Assembly (NCBI RefSeq): GCF_016432865.1
Contig: NC_067400.1
Location: 246,264,001-246,328,000, forward strand
Source: Antechinus flavipes
Lineage: Eukaryota
Direction of reading: 5' to 3'
Length of the DNA: 64,000 bases
Positions 24,501-37,661 of this stretch are shown one piece after another (position 1 is the first letter of the stretch; each line of letters starts with the position of its first letter). The translations under genes and the position numbers were made by a program. A model generated the notes under the pieces. The model saw only the letters and a program-made list of their open reading frames with translations. It did no database searches and was not told the DNA's origin.

Positions 24501-27500
24501 AATAAATAACCACAAATTACTTGAGGTGGTTTGATGGATGAGAGACAAGACAACTGTTTTTTTTTTTTTTTTCTATATCTTCCTTTGGGAACTCTTGGAA
24601 GTCTTTTATGGCATCTTGCTATTTGAGATGTTACCACTTGCTTGTGTAATTCCCCCTATGCTGAAACTTTTTATCCGCCATTTTATGGATCTAACCACTG
24701 ATGTATACCTGCTTCAATAAAAACAAAAGAAAGGGTAAGATGTAGAGGGCCACAGATAGTGGGAAACCCTGCATGAGATATAAAACTTTTTAGCCCAGTA
24801 AGAAACCCTATTGATGTGTCTGGTTTGGCTCTCCATCTCCTCTAATGGTATCTTGGCCTTCCCAAGAATTCAGGGGGCAGGGAGGAGTGACAACCTGTGC
24901 TAGATTTAAAACAGAGTTGTACTGATGTTATGATGTACATAACAGCAAGTTGATGCATGCTCAGCATCTTATAAACTCATATGCAGTATTCTATAGTTAG
25001 CACATGCACAAGTACTCTATACTCAGTGCATGCACAGTACTCTATAGTTATATAAGAGCATAGGGAATATAAAATGGAAGATTTTCTTGAATAATTGGAT
25101 TCCTGTTTGATATCCTCCTGAGTCCTGCCTCTTCACTCTTCATCCAAGATCAGGGCTCGGACTGGCCAGGAAGTCCTCCCATAAACAGAATCAGATATTC
25201 AGGGCTTGGGCTAATCCCAAAGTCCTCCCATAACAGTATCTTATGTACTTTTCCACACCCAGACTTTGGACCTTGCACCCACAAAATCATATGCCTCAGA
25301 CAAGTTCTTTGGAAAAAAGAGCTTAGTATTCCACCTTGAACATAGAGTGGACTTAATCAATTTTTTTTGTAGATTGAAATGTTTATCACAGTAGAGTCTC
25401 ATACAGTAGAGGAAACACTACAAGTGCTATAAATAATGGACCTTAATCTCTTGTGATTTATCTAGAAATAAGTATCTGCTACTGTAGCTATCATTCAACT
25501 GTTATTCTCTATTCAGAAAAAAAAAACAAGTATTTTTATGTATCCTTTGACTTTTCAACAGAGATAGTTTAAGGGGACAACATTCATTAAATTCCTCCAA
25601 AAACATACCTCTAAATAATTCATCTATCTTTTCCAGAAAGGCATGCTCTCAATGTCATATGAACAAATACTACTCCTCCAGAAAGACTACTTCTCTCTTC
25701 AGTAGTTCTCAGTAGGAAAAGTTAGCTTTTCATTCTCTGCTAAAAAGTTGAAAAACATTTGAATGAGGAAAAAATAACTCTAGTTCTAAGCTCTCTCACA
25801 TAGCAAGAAATAAAAAAATATCTAGTGCCTATACTTTGTGGTGGTCATTTTTTAAAAGTCTTTTTAAAAGCTGGCTTAGTCCCCTCAGGGTCAGCTAAAT
25901 TCAAGTCCCATTTCCTTCAAATGATTCCCTAACGGCCCTGAACTACAGATCTTTTTCCAAATGGTCTGGACTTTTCTAGATGCTCAATAGACTGGCTGAA
26001 GATGAAACATGCCCTGAGTAATGCAGATTAATGATGGTCCATTTCCATTTTGTTGAATTCTAGCCCCTTATGCCCCTCTTCATGCAATCTCGAGATTTCT
26101 GTAGGAGGTCTAGCTATCATATAAAATATTATTGGATTGTTTTATCCTTTTGACTACAGATGTGAGAGATTTAGACGTCAAGAAAAGAGTACAACTTCAA
26201 TTGCTGACCCTACCAGTTTGATCTCATTTTTCTTCTAATCACAAAATGCATTTCTAAAATCTGCACAAGAGAGTTGGTTTGCCTTTTCTCCACTATACTG
26301 TCTCTATTGATAACAACCTCGTCTGCCAAGGACTGTTATTTTCTCTAATTCCCCACTTTCTGACATGCATTACACCACTAAGGTTTCAGAAAAGCATTTC
26401 ACTTGTTTCATAGCTACAGCTTATTACCAATTCTTGATTCTTCCCAAACTCAGATTATCAGCACTCAACTCTACTTGAATATTTAGAAAGTCCATGGTTG
26501 TACTGAAGTCAATACAAACAACTCAGGCTTTACTTTCTCTGCCTTTAAAAGTCTTCTGTTCTGACAGAAAATTTAAGATACACTATTCTTTTCAGAGAAC
26601 CCAGTAATTTCTTCATGCCCACAATTAATGGCCTCTCCTAAGTTTTCCTTCTTCTTCATCACCATTTGATTCTTGAAAAGGCTGGCCAATTTGTGCTCCT
26701 ATAGAGGTTGAGTATTCTACTTCCAGCCAGATTTTGCTCATTCCTGGTAGTCAAAGGTGGACAATTGGCTTTTCATCTAAAATCTACTGAGTGAAGTCTA
26801 TGATTCTCTCTTTTCTTTCTTCTNNNNNNNNNNNNNNNNNNNNNNNNNNNNNNNNNNNNNNNNNNNNNNNNNNNNNNNNNNNNNNNNNNNNNNNNNNNNN
26901 NNNNNNNNNNNNNNNNNNNNNNNNNNNNNNNNNNNNNNNNNNNNNNNNNNNNNNNNNNNNNNNNNNNNNNNNNNNNNNNNNNNNNNAAAGTCAAAAATAT
27001 CTCTTCAGCACCAGTTCTACATCATGAATTTTCTATTTGGGAAATTCAAATTGATGTTTCCTACAAATTTCAAAATCCCAAGAATTACAAAACATCTCAC
27101 CCTACCTCTTCAAAAGCAACTTTTCTATTCAAAAGTGTCAGAGAGTTGACATTAAATCAGGGAATCAGGTTGTCAGATGCAGAGAAGGCCTTGAGGTCTC
27201 TTATATCATACCTATGCAATCAGTTAACAAAACTTTTCTCCTTTCCCAAAGTCTCTGCTATTCTAACACTCTTGCCACTTTTAAGGCAAGACTCACTGCA
27301 GGAGCTTTTGATTAGGCTCCATGCCTCAAATTTTTTCCCACCTAGATCCATTTTCTGATCAACTGATCAAAGAATTGTCCCAGACAATCTCCTGATTCCT
27401 CTATGGTTATAACCACTCCTTAATCCTCAATCACTACACTAATATTCTGGTAAATTCCAGTTTCTTTTTGTTTTGTACTGGTTTAATTAGATAACCACTT

Positions 27501-28425
27501 CACCTTCTTCATTAGCTGACCCCTTCATACCTTCCCAGACTATGTTTAATACTCCTCCCAACATTTTGTATTTCTGTCCCATGTAGTCTACCTGCTTTCA
27601 CTATAACAAGCCTTTTCCTACTTCTTCTCTTTGACTTTTCTCTGTCTGGTTGCCTACAATGCCAAAATTCCTCTCCATTCTACTTTTCTCTCATCTGACT
27701 TTTAATAGTCCAAAAGAGTCTTGGGTTAAATCCTATCTAGAACATGTGACATTACCCCATTGTTGTAAGAGCTTGTACCTATGCCTCTGAAATCCCCTAT
27801 CATCTTCCCCCTCTACCCCCCCCCCCATTTTGTGGCAGGTTTCTTACATTTTTATTGTCCTTAAAACTTTAGACTTTTCTGAGAACTCAGGATTCTGGTG
27901 ACATTTCTTTCTATTTCCATCCCTAAATGCGAAGTACAGGTAGAGTATAAACAATGTTTATAGTGGTTTGGGAATGATAATTAGATTACCTAATTCCATG
28001 CATTTTTCTCTCTACATTTATCTCAATTTCAATTTGAAACTTGCTGTCACTTCATTCTCAAAGAGAACTGTTCAAAAGAAATAGAATTCTGAAGCACACT
28101 GAAAGAATCAGAGGCTAGGCTTTCAAGCTGTGAAATAAGGGCAATATCCCCAAAAGAAGCCTACCATGAAGACTGTGTAGAGCACCAGCCACATTAACTA
28201 CATATGCTTTGGCAACATTACAATCATTTCTCATCACAGGAATGACATCCTTGGTAGAATCTTCATAGAGAAACATCATATCAAGAGAAAACAACACCCT
28301 TAATGAGCTGGAGAAATTCTTCTCAAGCAACAAACTATGACAAGAATGTGATTTTGCTCTTGTTAAGTTCATTAATGGGAATTATGCAATTTAGAATTAA
28401 TGGGCCACACGTCCTTCTGAAAGAG

Positions 28426-28432
28426 TATAAAA
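28426..28432 (+). promoter_or_regulatory. TATA box of copy 3
   Basis: TATAAAA 85 bp upstream of the ATG at 28511. Confidence 0.85.
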
Positions 28433-28510
28433 GTCCCCCTCAACATGTTCCTCTACACACTCACATAAAGCAAACTCTGACATCCTTCCAAATCTGTGAA
28501 ACTTGAAACC

Positions 28511-28738
28511 ATGTGCTACTACGGCAGCTACTATGGAGGCCTGGGCTATGGCTATGGCTCTGGTTATGGCTGTGGATGTGGCAGCTACCGTGGCCTAGGC
28601 TATGGCTATGGCAGCTGTGGCTGTAGAGGCCTGGGCTATGGTGGCTATGGCTATGGAGGCCTGGGCTATGGTGGCTATGGCTATGGCTGCTGCCGCCCAT
28701 CTTGCTGTGGAAGGTATTCTTCTTATGGCTTCTACTAA
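28511..28738 (+). CDS. KRTAP: HGT keratin-associated protein, copy 3 (75 aa)
   Basis: Nucleotide-identical to copy 1 except for a TAA stop. Confidence 0.95.
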   Translation: MCYYGSYYGGLGYGYGSGYGCGCGSYRGLGYGYGSCGCRGLGYGGYGYGGLGYGGYGYGCCRPSCCGRYSSYGFY

Positions 28739-29203
28739 AAAACCACCTGTGCCTGCAGTGTCCTGCAGTTGTTCGTGCAACCCTGCTTGGTGTAATTCCA
28801 TGGCATCTTAAAGACATCACCTTCTACCTGCTTCTACATCTTTGTGATATAGGAGAGACACCACAAGAAGTCTCAACATTCCTAAGAAACACTTAAAGCA
28901 GTGAATGCCAGGGATTCAGAAGCACGCAGATCCTTCCCTCTGGGAAATGATACTGAATCTCAGCAGAGATTCTAGAAGGTGTACTCAGCTCTGATATATC
29001 ATGCTGAGAGCTCTGTTATAATTTTTAATAAAGTTATTTCACTTATTAATGAAACTAGTTTCATGATTTTTCTTTGATCTCCACCTACATGCGTGTCAAC
29101 CTCACACCACAAAGTTATTCAATCTTAACTTACACTTTTATAACTGCAAAATCTTTGGTCTCCATTCTTTTGCAATGAAAGCAGAATTCTCGAGATTTCA
29201 TTA

Positions 29204-29212
29204 TGTGTGTGT

Positions 29213-29251
<39 letters not shown>
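29204..29251. repeat. (TG)n microsatellite in the 3' flank of copy 3
   Basis: TG run with one TGAG interruption; paralog of 17759-17794. Confidence 0.95.
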
Positions 29252-29255
<4 letters not shown>

Positions 29256-30388
29256 AAAACATTTTATCTTCTTATTCAAAATGGGAATTTAGCAATATTT
29301 AAATTTAGTAATGCCATAATACATAATATTCAGGTCCCATTTTACTACACTCAAAAAATTTATCCGTTTTATAGGGCCTATCTCTTACACTCCAAGTGCA
29401 TACTTAGTGGCTTTTTATATTCAAGATAACACAAAAATTTCCAAGTTCATTACTCCATGCTCATTGTTTATCACTTCCAAATGCAAATGGTCAGTAATGA
29501 CTATTACCATGTGGAATAATCCACTGCTTTCTAGTTATTTTTCACCACTTTGTTATCAACTATCAATATGAAGTTTAAGAGGACAGGACAAGTGAAAAAC
29601 ATACAACAAAAACTACAAAATAGAGTCATATGTCAAGCCTGAAGGGTTTCATTGAACTATGCCCTTCTGTCCATCTCTTCCAACAAACTACACAGCCAGT
29701 CCAGCTCACAACACTGTCCTTGAACTGAAGCTCTCTCATCCATTTGGGAATTTGACTAATTTGTAAAGAATGTCTTCAAAACCCCTCAAATATCTAAACT
29801 CTCTAATTAACTCAGACTCCAAGGGGAAGAAAGTATCTTGTAGAGGGCCACAAATGGAGGGGAACCCTGGACAAGGTATAAAATCTTTAACCCAGTAAGG
29901 AACCTTGCTGACATGTCTGGTTTGGCTCTCTATCTCCCCTAACAGCATCTCAGCCTTCCTGAGAAGTCAGGGGGTATGACAACTTGTGCTCTATTTAAAA
30001 ATCCTTGCATAACATTTGGAGCCTACCTTGGGGTCAGGAGCAGCTCAGCTGATGCAAACAGTGTGAGTTCGGGTGGGGAATCCCCATTCCCCAGGAACAG
30101 TATAAGTATAAATAGTCAACAGGAAGATTCAGCAAGAGCTAATCTAGTCACTTTCATTTTCCAGCCAAACTGAAAAATGCTTGGTTTGTTTAACAAAAGA
30201 GCAAGATTGTTAGAACTCAGAAGCAGATCACTGAGTTCTTAGATATTGTGAGGCCCATGTCTTCCATGGCTCCCTAAGGAGGGAATGTTGGAGCCAAAGA
30301 AGTGGAAGATAGTGGGAGAACAACTAACTGAATATTATCATACTGTGTGCCCTGGCTTAATCCCTGAGCACACATTCCTTATGTACAA

Positions 30389-30426
<38 letters not shown>

Positions 30427-32868
30427 GGCTTTGGGAGATCTTTCAAATTATCAAGAAAAGAGGGCTTTTAGTGTACTGTGCCAAACAAAGGAGGATGAGG
30501 AAAATAAACAAAAAGATAGTGAACAACTCTAAAGGGTGGGGCACATTGAACAAAGACAAAAACAAAGATGGTACTGAGAGGTTTGAAGGGTGTATCACTT
30601 CCCCATTTCTCAGCCTGCCTACACTTCTCCATGCAACTGCACCCCTGTTATATCTCCTATTTCCTTATCTACTACTTGCTCACCCTCTTTCCTTAACTCT
30701 GCATTTGTGGGTAGGAGATGGAAAAATGAGACAGGCAGTGGTACTATTAGCACCTCCAGTACTGCCATCTTGTCCTTCTCTTATGTCCTGATTAGAAGAG
30801 GTACTGTTTAAGGCAAGGAAAGAGACCTGAGCCCTAAATGTTTGCTTCTACCCAAGCCCTGATCTCAAGTAAGGAGTGAAGAGGTGGGACTCGGGTCTGT
30901 TTGTTCAAGGAAGAGAAATGCTTGGATTGACAGTGGAAGCATATCCTGTAATTGAAGAACTGTACCCTAATGGACCTCCAAGTCAAATTAGGAGAAGACA
31001 TGCTCCTTTTGACCTGGAAGTTATCAAAGATCTGAAAAAGGCTTACACCCTCTATGGGCCTATATCATCTTATGTTAGGATATTATTAGAAAATTTGACT
31101 TATGGAATCCTAACCCCTAATGATTGGAAATCCACAGAAAAATCCCTTATATCTATTCCCATCCAATGGAAAGTTAATACACCTCTGTGGGTAGAACACT
31201 GGCCCTTAACCAGTGGAAAAAAGCAGGCCTTATTAGATATAGTACAGGAACAATATGTTCAAGGACACCTACAGTCTTGTATGAGCTTTTGGAATTTCCT
31301 TGTATTTAATATAAAAAATAAATCTGGGAAATGGAGGATGTTATCTGATCTAAGAAAAATAAATGATCAAATAGACAAAATGGAAGCTCTTCAGCCTTCT
31401 ACCCCTAACTCAATTGCCTCAGGAATATTCTCTTTGGGTATAGACTATAAGGACTGCTTCTACTCTATTCCTCTGGATAGAGAGAATATGAAAAGATTTG
31501 CCTTTTCAGTGCCCAGCAGAATTTAGCCAAACCTTATAAAAGATTTGAAGGGACAGTTTTATTACAGGGAATGAAAAATGCCCCACCCTACCCTGCCATG
31601 TATCAGATATATGTAGCTGCTACTCTTGCTCCGGTAAGGAAAGCATTTCCAAAAGTTGATGTTATTATACTATATGGATGATATTTTAGGATGTGCCCCT
31701 GAGGAGCAAATGTTAGATGTCTGCAGAAGACCATAGAAATATTAAGGTATTACTGGTTGAATATAGCACCAGAAAAAAGTCAAAGGCATGCTCCTTTTCA
31801 ATATTTAGGAAATGAAGTATCCCCTAAGGTACTTATGGTGCAAAAACTTTCCTTAAGAACAGAGAAATTGAACACTAAATGACTCAGAAATTGATAGGAG
31901 ATATCCAATGGATGTGTTCAGTCTTAGGCTTAACTACTCATCAACTACAATCATTGTGTGATATTTTAAGAGGAGATATTGCTTTGGATTCTCCCTGTCA
32001 GCTTATGAAGGAAACCCAAAAAGCTCTGAGTGACATTGAACTGGCTTTATCCAATGAGGTTGAAAGAGTCACTCAAATAAATAAAGTTTTTTACTACAAA
32101 AGAAACACTTACAGAAGTTCTCCATTCAAAGAGACAATGTAATTGAATATGTGACCCTTCTGGCACAACCAGACCAAAATCTTATTGCTTATTCAGTGCT
32201 TGGGTAGAATGTTGTTAAAGTCTATTAAAAGAGTGATACAATGATCTGGGAAAATATTCAATAAGATATCCACTTTTTATACCAATGTACAAATTAATGT
32301 ATACCATCCCAGAATGGCAGATTTTACTGACCACGTAAATTTTGCACATAGAGCCCCTTAAGAATAGCCCAGCTATTACAGAATTGGCTATGGTTTTTGA
32401 AGAAAAGATCTAAGTTCCCTCTTAAAGGATTAACCATCTTTATAGATGTGACCAAACATAACTTCTATGATGTATATTCTCCTGACTTAGCTATAAAAAG
32501 AATAGTCAGAACTTCCTTTTAGTCCACACGGAAAAATGAGTTTTATGCAATTATGCTAGCTCTTATTTATTACCCAGGAGATGTAAATATAATATCTGAT
32601 TCAGCTTATTCAGTAGGAATGGTACAAAGAATTATCACAGCCCAGATAAAAGTTGTAGCATCTAATATATTTCAGCTTTTAAGGAACTTCAGAAGCAAGT
32701 GCAAAGTCATCCAGGTAAGTATTATTTCTTGTATTTTTCTTCTCATATTGGTCTTCCTGGGCCTATTTTTTATGGAAACTCAGAAACAGATTATCTTCTC
32801 ATCATGCTAGCCAACACTACTCTATTTCAGGCCACCCAAGAATCTCATTCTAAATATCATCAGGCCAC

Positions 32869-33315
32869 ATGAGCTTTATGTCTGCAGTTTGGAAAACAAA
32901 AAAGGGAGCTAGGAGCACAGTAAAAGCCTGTGCAGCTTGCTTCCCTTTCCATGCTCCTATGCTCACTCCAGGGAAGAATCCTCATAGTTTGAGGCCCAAT
33001 GAAATTTTGCAGATAGACATTTTCAATTATAAACCATTTGATCATCAGTCTTTTATCCATGTTGCCGTGGATACCTGCTCAGGATTTACTTTTGCAGTAC
33101 CAACAATAAAAGAGACAGCCCGAGTGATCACTGAATTCCTTACACAGGTCTTTGCAGTTATAAATGTGCCACAAGCAATAAAAACAGATGAGGGACTTTC
33201 ATGTACTTTCAAACATTTCACATGCTTTTGTGCACAGTATCAGATTTCACACACCACTGGCATGCCCTTCAACCCTCAAGGACAGGTAATTGTAGAAAGA
33301 AAAAACAGATATTAA
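32869..33315 (+). pseudogene. Retroviral integrase core remnant (provirus B)
   Basis: VKACAACFPFH zinc-finger half, PNEILQIDI, HVAVDT, IKTDEG and PFNPQGQVIVERKNR catalytic-core motifs. Confidence 0.85.
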
Positions 33316-33763
33316 GATTCTCCTCCAAAAACAAAAAATAGGCAGAGCCATGGGTAATCCTAGAGAATTTCTAAACTTAGCCCTTTATACTATCAATTTT
33401 CTGGGTTTTGATGAGGATGCACAGGCTCCAACAGACAGATTTTATAATTCACCAAAAGGTAATGTCCAATGCAAGCAGTTCCAGTATCTTTAGATATCTG
33501 CCAGGTGATGTGGAGAGATCTGGAGATTGGTGAATGGAAGGAACTAGATAAATTAACCACTTGAGACAGAGGGTTTGCTTGTATTTCTACAAATAGAAAA
33601 AGAATCCGATGGATGCTGACTTGTCTTCCTTGTCCCATCAAAGAGAGACAGAAAAAGAGAAGATCCTTGAAATGAAGGGGACTACCCATGAAATTGACTT
33701 TTTGACTACACCTACCACTGAAAAAACATGACTGTTAACCCTATGTGTATGGCAATTGACTAT

Positions 33764-33880
33764 GCAGGACTTCAAAGTCTGCAGGAATCATTGGTTTCCC
33801 TGACACAAGAAATGACGAACAATAGATTGGCTTTGGATTCTCTTTTGGCTACTAAATGAGGTGTCCATGTGGCTGTGAAC
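33764..33880 (+). pseudogene. env TM remnant with immunosuppressive-domain-like motif (provirus B)
   Basis: Manual translation AGLQSLQESLVSLTQEMTNNRLALDSLLATK*GVHVAV; stop shared with provirus A. Confidence 0.65.
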
Positions 33881-34851
33881 TCGCAACAGGTAACCACAAA
33901 CTTATAACACCTACATAAGATGGCTTGATGAATAAGAGACACAAGATAACAGGTTTTTTTCCTATATCTTAGAATATAAGATATTTGGGGATTCTTGGAA
34001 GTCTTTTATGGCATCTTGTTATTTGTGATATTACCACTTGTCTGTGTGATTCCCCCATGCTGAAACTTGTTATCCATCATTTTTTGGATCTAATCACTGA
34101 TGTATACCTGCTTCAATTAAAACAAAAGAAAGGGGGAGATGTAGAGGGCCACAGATAGTAGAGAACCCTGGGTGAGACATAAAACCCTTTAGCTCAGTAA
34201 GGAATCCTACTGATGTATCTGGTTTGGCTCTCCATCTCCTCTAATGGTGTCTCAGGGTTCCTGAGAAGTCAGGGGGAGTGACAACCTGTGCTAGATTTAA
34301 AACAAAGTTGTACTGATGTGGCAAGGAAATATCTGTAGCAAGTTGTTGCTTATGTGCAGTAATCTATATTTAGCACATGCACAAGTTCTTTATAGTCAGT
34401 GCATGCACAATACTCTATAATCATGTAAAAGCTTGGGCATATAAAGTAGAAGGCTTCCTTGAATAATTGGATTCCTGTTTGAATATCCTCCTGAGTTGTG
34501 CCTCTTCACTCATCCAAGATCAGGGTTCAGACTGGTCTGAAAGTCCTCCCATAAGCAAAAACAGATATTCAGGGCTTGGGCTAATCCCAAAGTCTTTCCA
34601 TAACAGTATCTAATGTACTTTTCCACACCCAGGCTTTGGACCTTGCACCCACAAAATCATATGCCTCAGACAAGTTCTTTGGGAAAAAGTGCTTAGTACT
34701 CCACCTAGAACATAGAGTAGACTTAATCAATTTTTTTGTAGATTGAAATGTTTGTCACAGGAATTAGAGTCTCATGCAGTAGAGGAAACACTACAAATGC
34801 TATAAATAATGGACCTTAATCTCTTGTGATTTATCTAGAAATGAGTATCTG

Positions 34852-37661
34852 GATGGCTTCCTGGGGGGCGGGGCGGAGCCAAGATGGCAGAGAAGTCACA
34901 CAAGACTTTCTAAGCTTCTCTCATTCCCTCATGACCAACTATTAAATTCAGCCTCAAAAATAGCACTTGACTGCTCAAATTCATGAAGATTAGACGCACA
35001 CAACTTGGGCCAGGAACAGACCAGCGCAGGAATGCAGGGAGAGACTAGTCCTGAGCAGACCAGGGGCGGGGGTGATCTCTGTGGCTAGAGAAGTTATAGA
35101 GACAACTCTGCTATAGACTAACTGCCCTGCCTTGATTACAAAGCAGTAAACCAGCAGAGAAATTAAAGCCTAATTCAGAGGGTATTCTAAAAAAATGCCA
35201 GAACCTAACAAGATCTGGCTATAACCACTCAAAACTGGAAGTGACTCAGGCAGACCCATAACACAGTCCTGCAGCCACATCCTGCAGTACAGGGATTTTG
35301 TGGGGGCAGTTACAAATCTGCACAGCAGGAGGGCACAGCCCGGGAAGCCTCTAATCTGCACAGTGGGGGTTCAGTTTGGGGCAATAGAACTTCCCCAGGA
35401 CAAATGTGCTTCCCAGGGCAAAGACACATCTGGTCCCTGCAGGGCTATTCACTGCTCAGCTGCTAATATCTACAGCCACAGGGTGGGCTTTGGCTTAGGG
35501 TAGTGAAACTTTCACTGCTCAGCATCTAGCCCCAGGGCAGTCATTAACCCTCACAGCAAAGTTCTCTGCAGGGCACTTTCCCAGCCCGGCCCTGCAGGCC
35601 TGAGTTACTTCCTGGTGGGGAACTCTTTCCCAGAGCACTCCAGTATCTCACTGCTCTTTGTAGCCATTTAGCAAGACAGCTACCCTTCCATACACCTATC
35701 ACTGCTCTGCAAAGCAAGCTGGTAACCTCCTGGCCCTGAAGGCAGACCCTACAGGCTTTAACAAAATGAGTAAAAAAAATTAGAAGGATGATTGATAGCT
35801 TCTATACAGAAAGAGAACAGCTTTTCAACCCCAAGGAGACTAATAGCAAATAGTTTCCAGACAATTGTTGGTCCCCAACACAAAAGGCTCTTCTAGAAGA
35901 GACTATTAAAAACCTTAAAAGAGAACTAGAAGAAAAATGGGGAAAGGAAAGAGAAGCTGTGCAAGAGAGCAACAACTTCCTGAAATGTAAATTGGAAAAG
36001 ATAAAAAAAAACTCCCAAGAAGTGCAGGGAAACAGAATTTGTGAATTGGAAAAAGAAAATAACTTGCTAAAAAAAAAAAAAAATAGTGAAATGGAAAAAA
36101 AAAAATTCCATAGAGCAAAACAACTCACTTAAAAACTCAATTGGACATATACAAAAAGAAGTAAAAAAAAAGCTAATGAAGAAAATGACTAAAAATCAGA
36201 ACTGAACAAATAGAAATTCATTGAGACATCAAGAATCAGTCAAGCAAAACGAAAAAAATGAAAGACTGGAAAAAATGTCAAATATTTACTTGGAAAAAAC
36301 AACAGACCTGGAAAATAGATCTAGGAGAGAGAACCTGAGGATCATTGGACTACCCAAAAATTATGATGAAAAAAAAGAGCCTAGATGCTATTTTCCAGGA
36401 AATCATCAAAGAGAACTGCCCAGAAATAATAGGTAAAGGAAGGTAAAATAGTCATTGAAAGAATTCATTGAACACCTTCTGAAAAAGACCCTAAAATAAA
36501 AACTCCAAGGAATATTGTGGCCAAATTTCAGAATTTTCATACTAAAGAAAAACTATTACAAGCAGCTAGGGAAAAACAATTCAAATATCGAGGTGCCACA
36601 ATAAGGGTCACTCAAAATCTGGCTGCTTTAACATTAAAGGATCAAAGGTGCCTGAAATCTGATATTCCAAAAGGCAAAAGAACTTTGAATGCAGCCAAGA
36701 ATAAACTACCTAGCCAAGCTGAGCATTTTTTTCCATGGAATAAGATGGACCTTTAATGAAACAGAGGAATTCTATTTGTTTCTAAGGAAAAAAAAACAGA
36801 TTTAAACAAAAATTTGATCTCCAACCATAGGACTCAAGAGAAGTAGAAAAAGGTAAAAGGAACTCTTGAGAACTGTATTTCTGTTGTGGATATACATAAA
36901 AACCACATGTATAATTTGATTTTACTGATATAACATTAAAAAAAGGGAAGTAGAAATGGAAAGGGGATAGTGTCAGAAAAAGGGAAAAGGGGAGATTAAA
37001 AAGAGGGAAACTACATCCCACAATGAGGCAAAGGAAATCTATCATATCTGAGGAAACTTAGAGAAGGAGAGGAACATTGTGTGAATCTTACTCTCATCAG
37101 AGCTGGCTCAAAGAGGAAATAATTGATATATTTGTTTTACAGAGAATCTTCTCTCACCTCATTAAAAAGTGGGAGAGGAAAAGGGAAAAGGAAAAAGAGT
37201 AATAAGGGAAGGGTACAAGAAAGGGGAAGGGATTCAAAGGGAGGAGGGAGAGATCCTAAAGAGGGAGAGCTGCATGACACAAGTGGGACCCATAAGTTTA
37301 ATACTAGGGAAGGGGGTAAGAAGGGTAAGAAAAAGAAAAGCACAATCTGGGGGTATTAGGATGGCAGGAAATGCAGAATTAGTAATTTTAACCATAAATG
37401 TGAATGGGATGAACTCTACCATAAAGTGGAGATAGCAGACTGGATCAAAAGTCAGAACCCTACAATATGTTGTTTAGAGGAAACACATTTAAAACAGGAA
37501 AATACATACAGAGTAAAGGTAAAAGGCTGGAAAAGAATCTATTATGCTTCAGGTGAAGTCAAAAAAGCAGGGGTAGCCATCCTGATCTCAGATCAAGTAA
37601 AAGCAAAAATTCATCTCATTAAGAGATAAGGAAGGAAACTATATCTTGCTAAAGGGTACTA
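34852..37661 (+). mobile_element. 5'-complete, 3'-truncated LINE-1 without poly(A) tail
   Basis: 5' end GGGCGGAGCCAAGATGGC; 5'UTR; ORF1 from ~35766 (LENRSRRENLRIIGLP); ORF2 start at 37361 (MAGNAELVILTINVNGMNS) ending within the endonuclease; 16-bp TSD TAGAAATGAGTATCTG at 34836-34851 and 37662-37677; empty site at ~25462-25478. Confidence 0.92.

Larger units (their letters stand above)
18383..25235 (+). mobile_element. Defective betaretrovirus-like (class II) endogenous provirus, copy A
   Basis: 5' LTR 18383-18844 and 3' LTR 24741-25235; 6-bp TSD GTATCT (18377-18382, 25236-25241); tRNA-Lys-like PBS at 18847; PPT before 24741; gag, protease (VDTGAD) and RT (YMDDIL) remnants; empty site at 11270-11275. 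Confidence 0.93.
29839..34605 (+). mobile_element. Defective betaretrovirus-like provirus, copy B (segmental duplicate of copy A)
   Basis: Same TSD GTATCT (29833-29838, 34606-34611) and same flanks as copy A; internally deleted 5' LTR 29839-30014; 3' LTR 34140-34605 after PPT AAAAGAAAGGGGGAGA; ~1.5 kb gag-pro deletion at ~31143. Confidence 0.93.

Noticed and set aside
28115-28372. Same minus-strand ORF (LLEKNFSSSLRVLFSL...) repeated at 28115, 40535 and 46040
   Set aside because: It reflects recently duplicated or converted promoter DNA; it is broken in copies 1, 2 and 6 and has no recognisable protein features.
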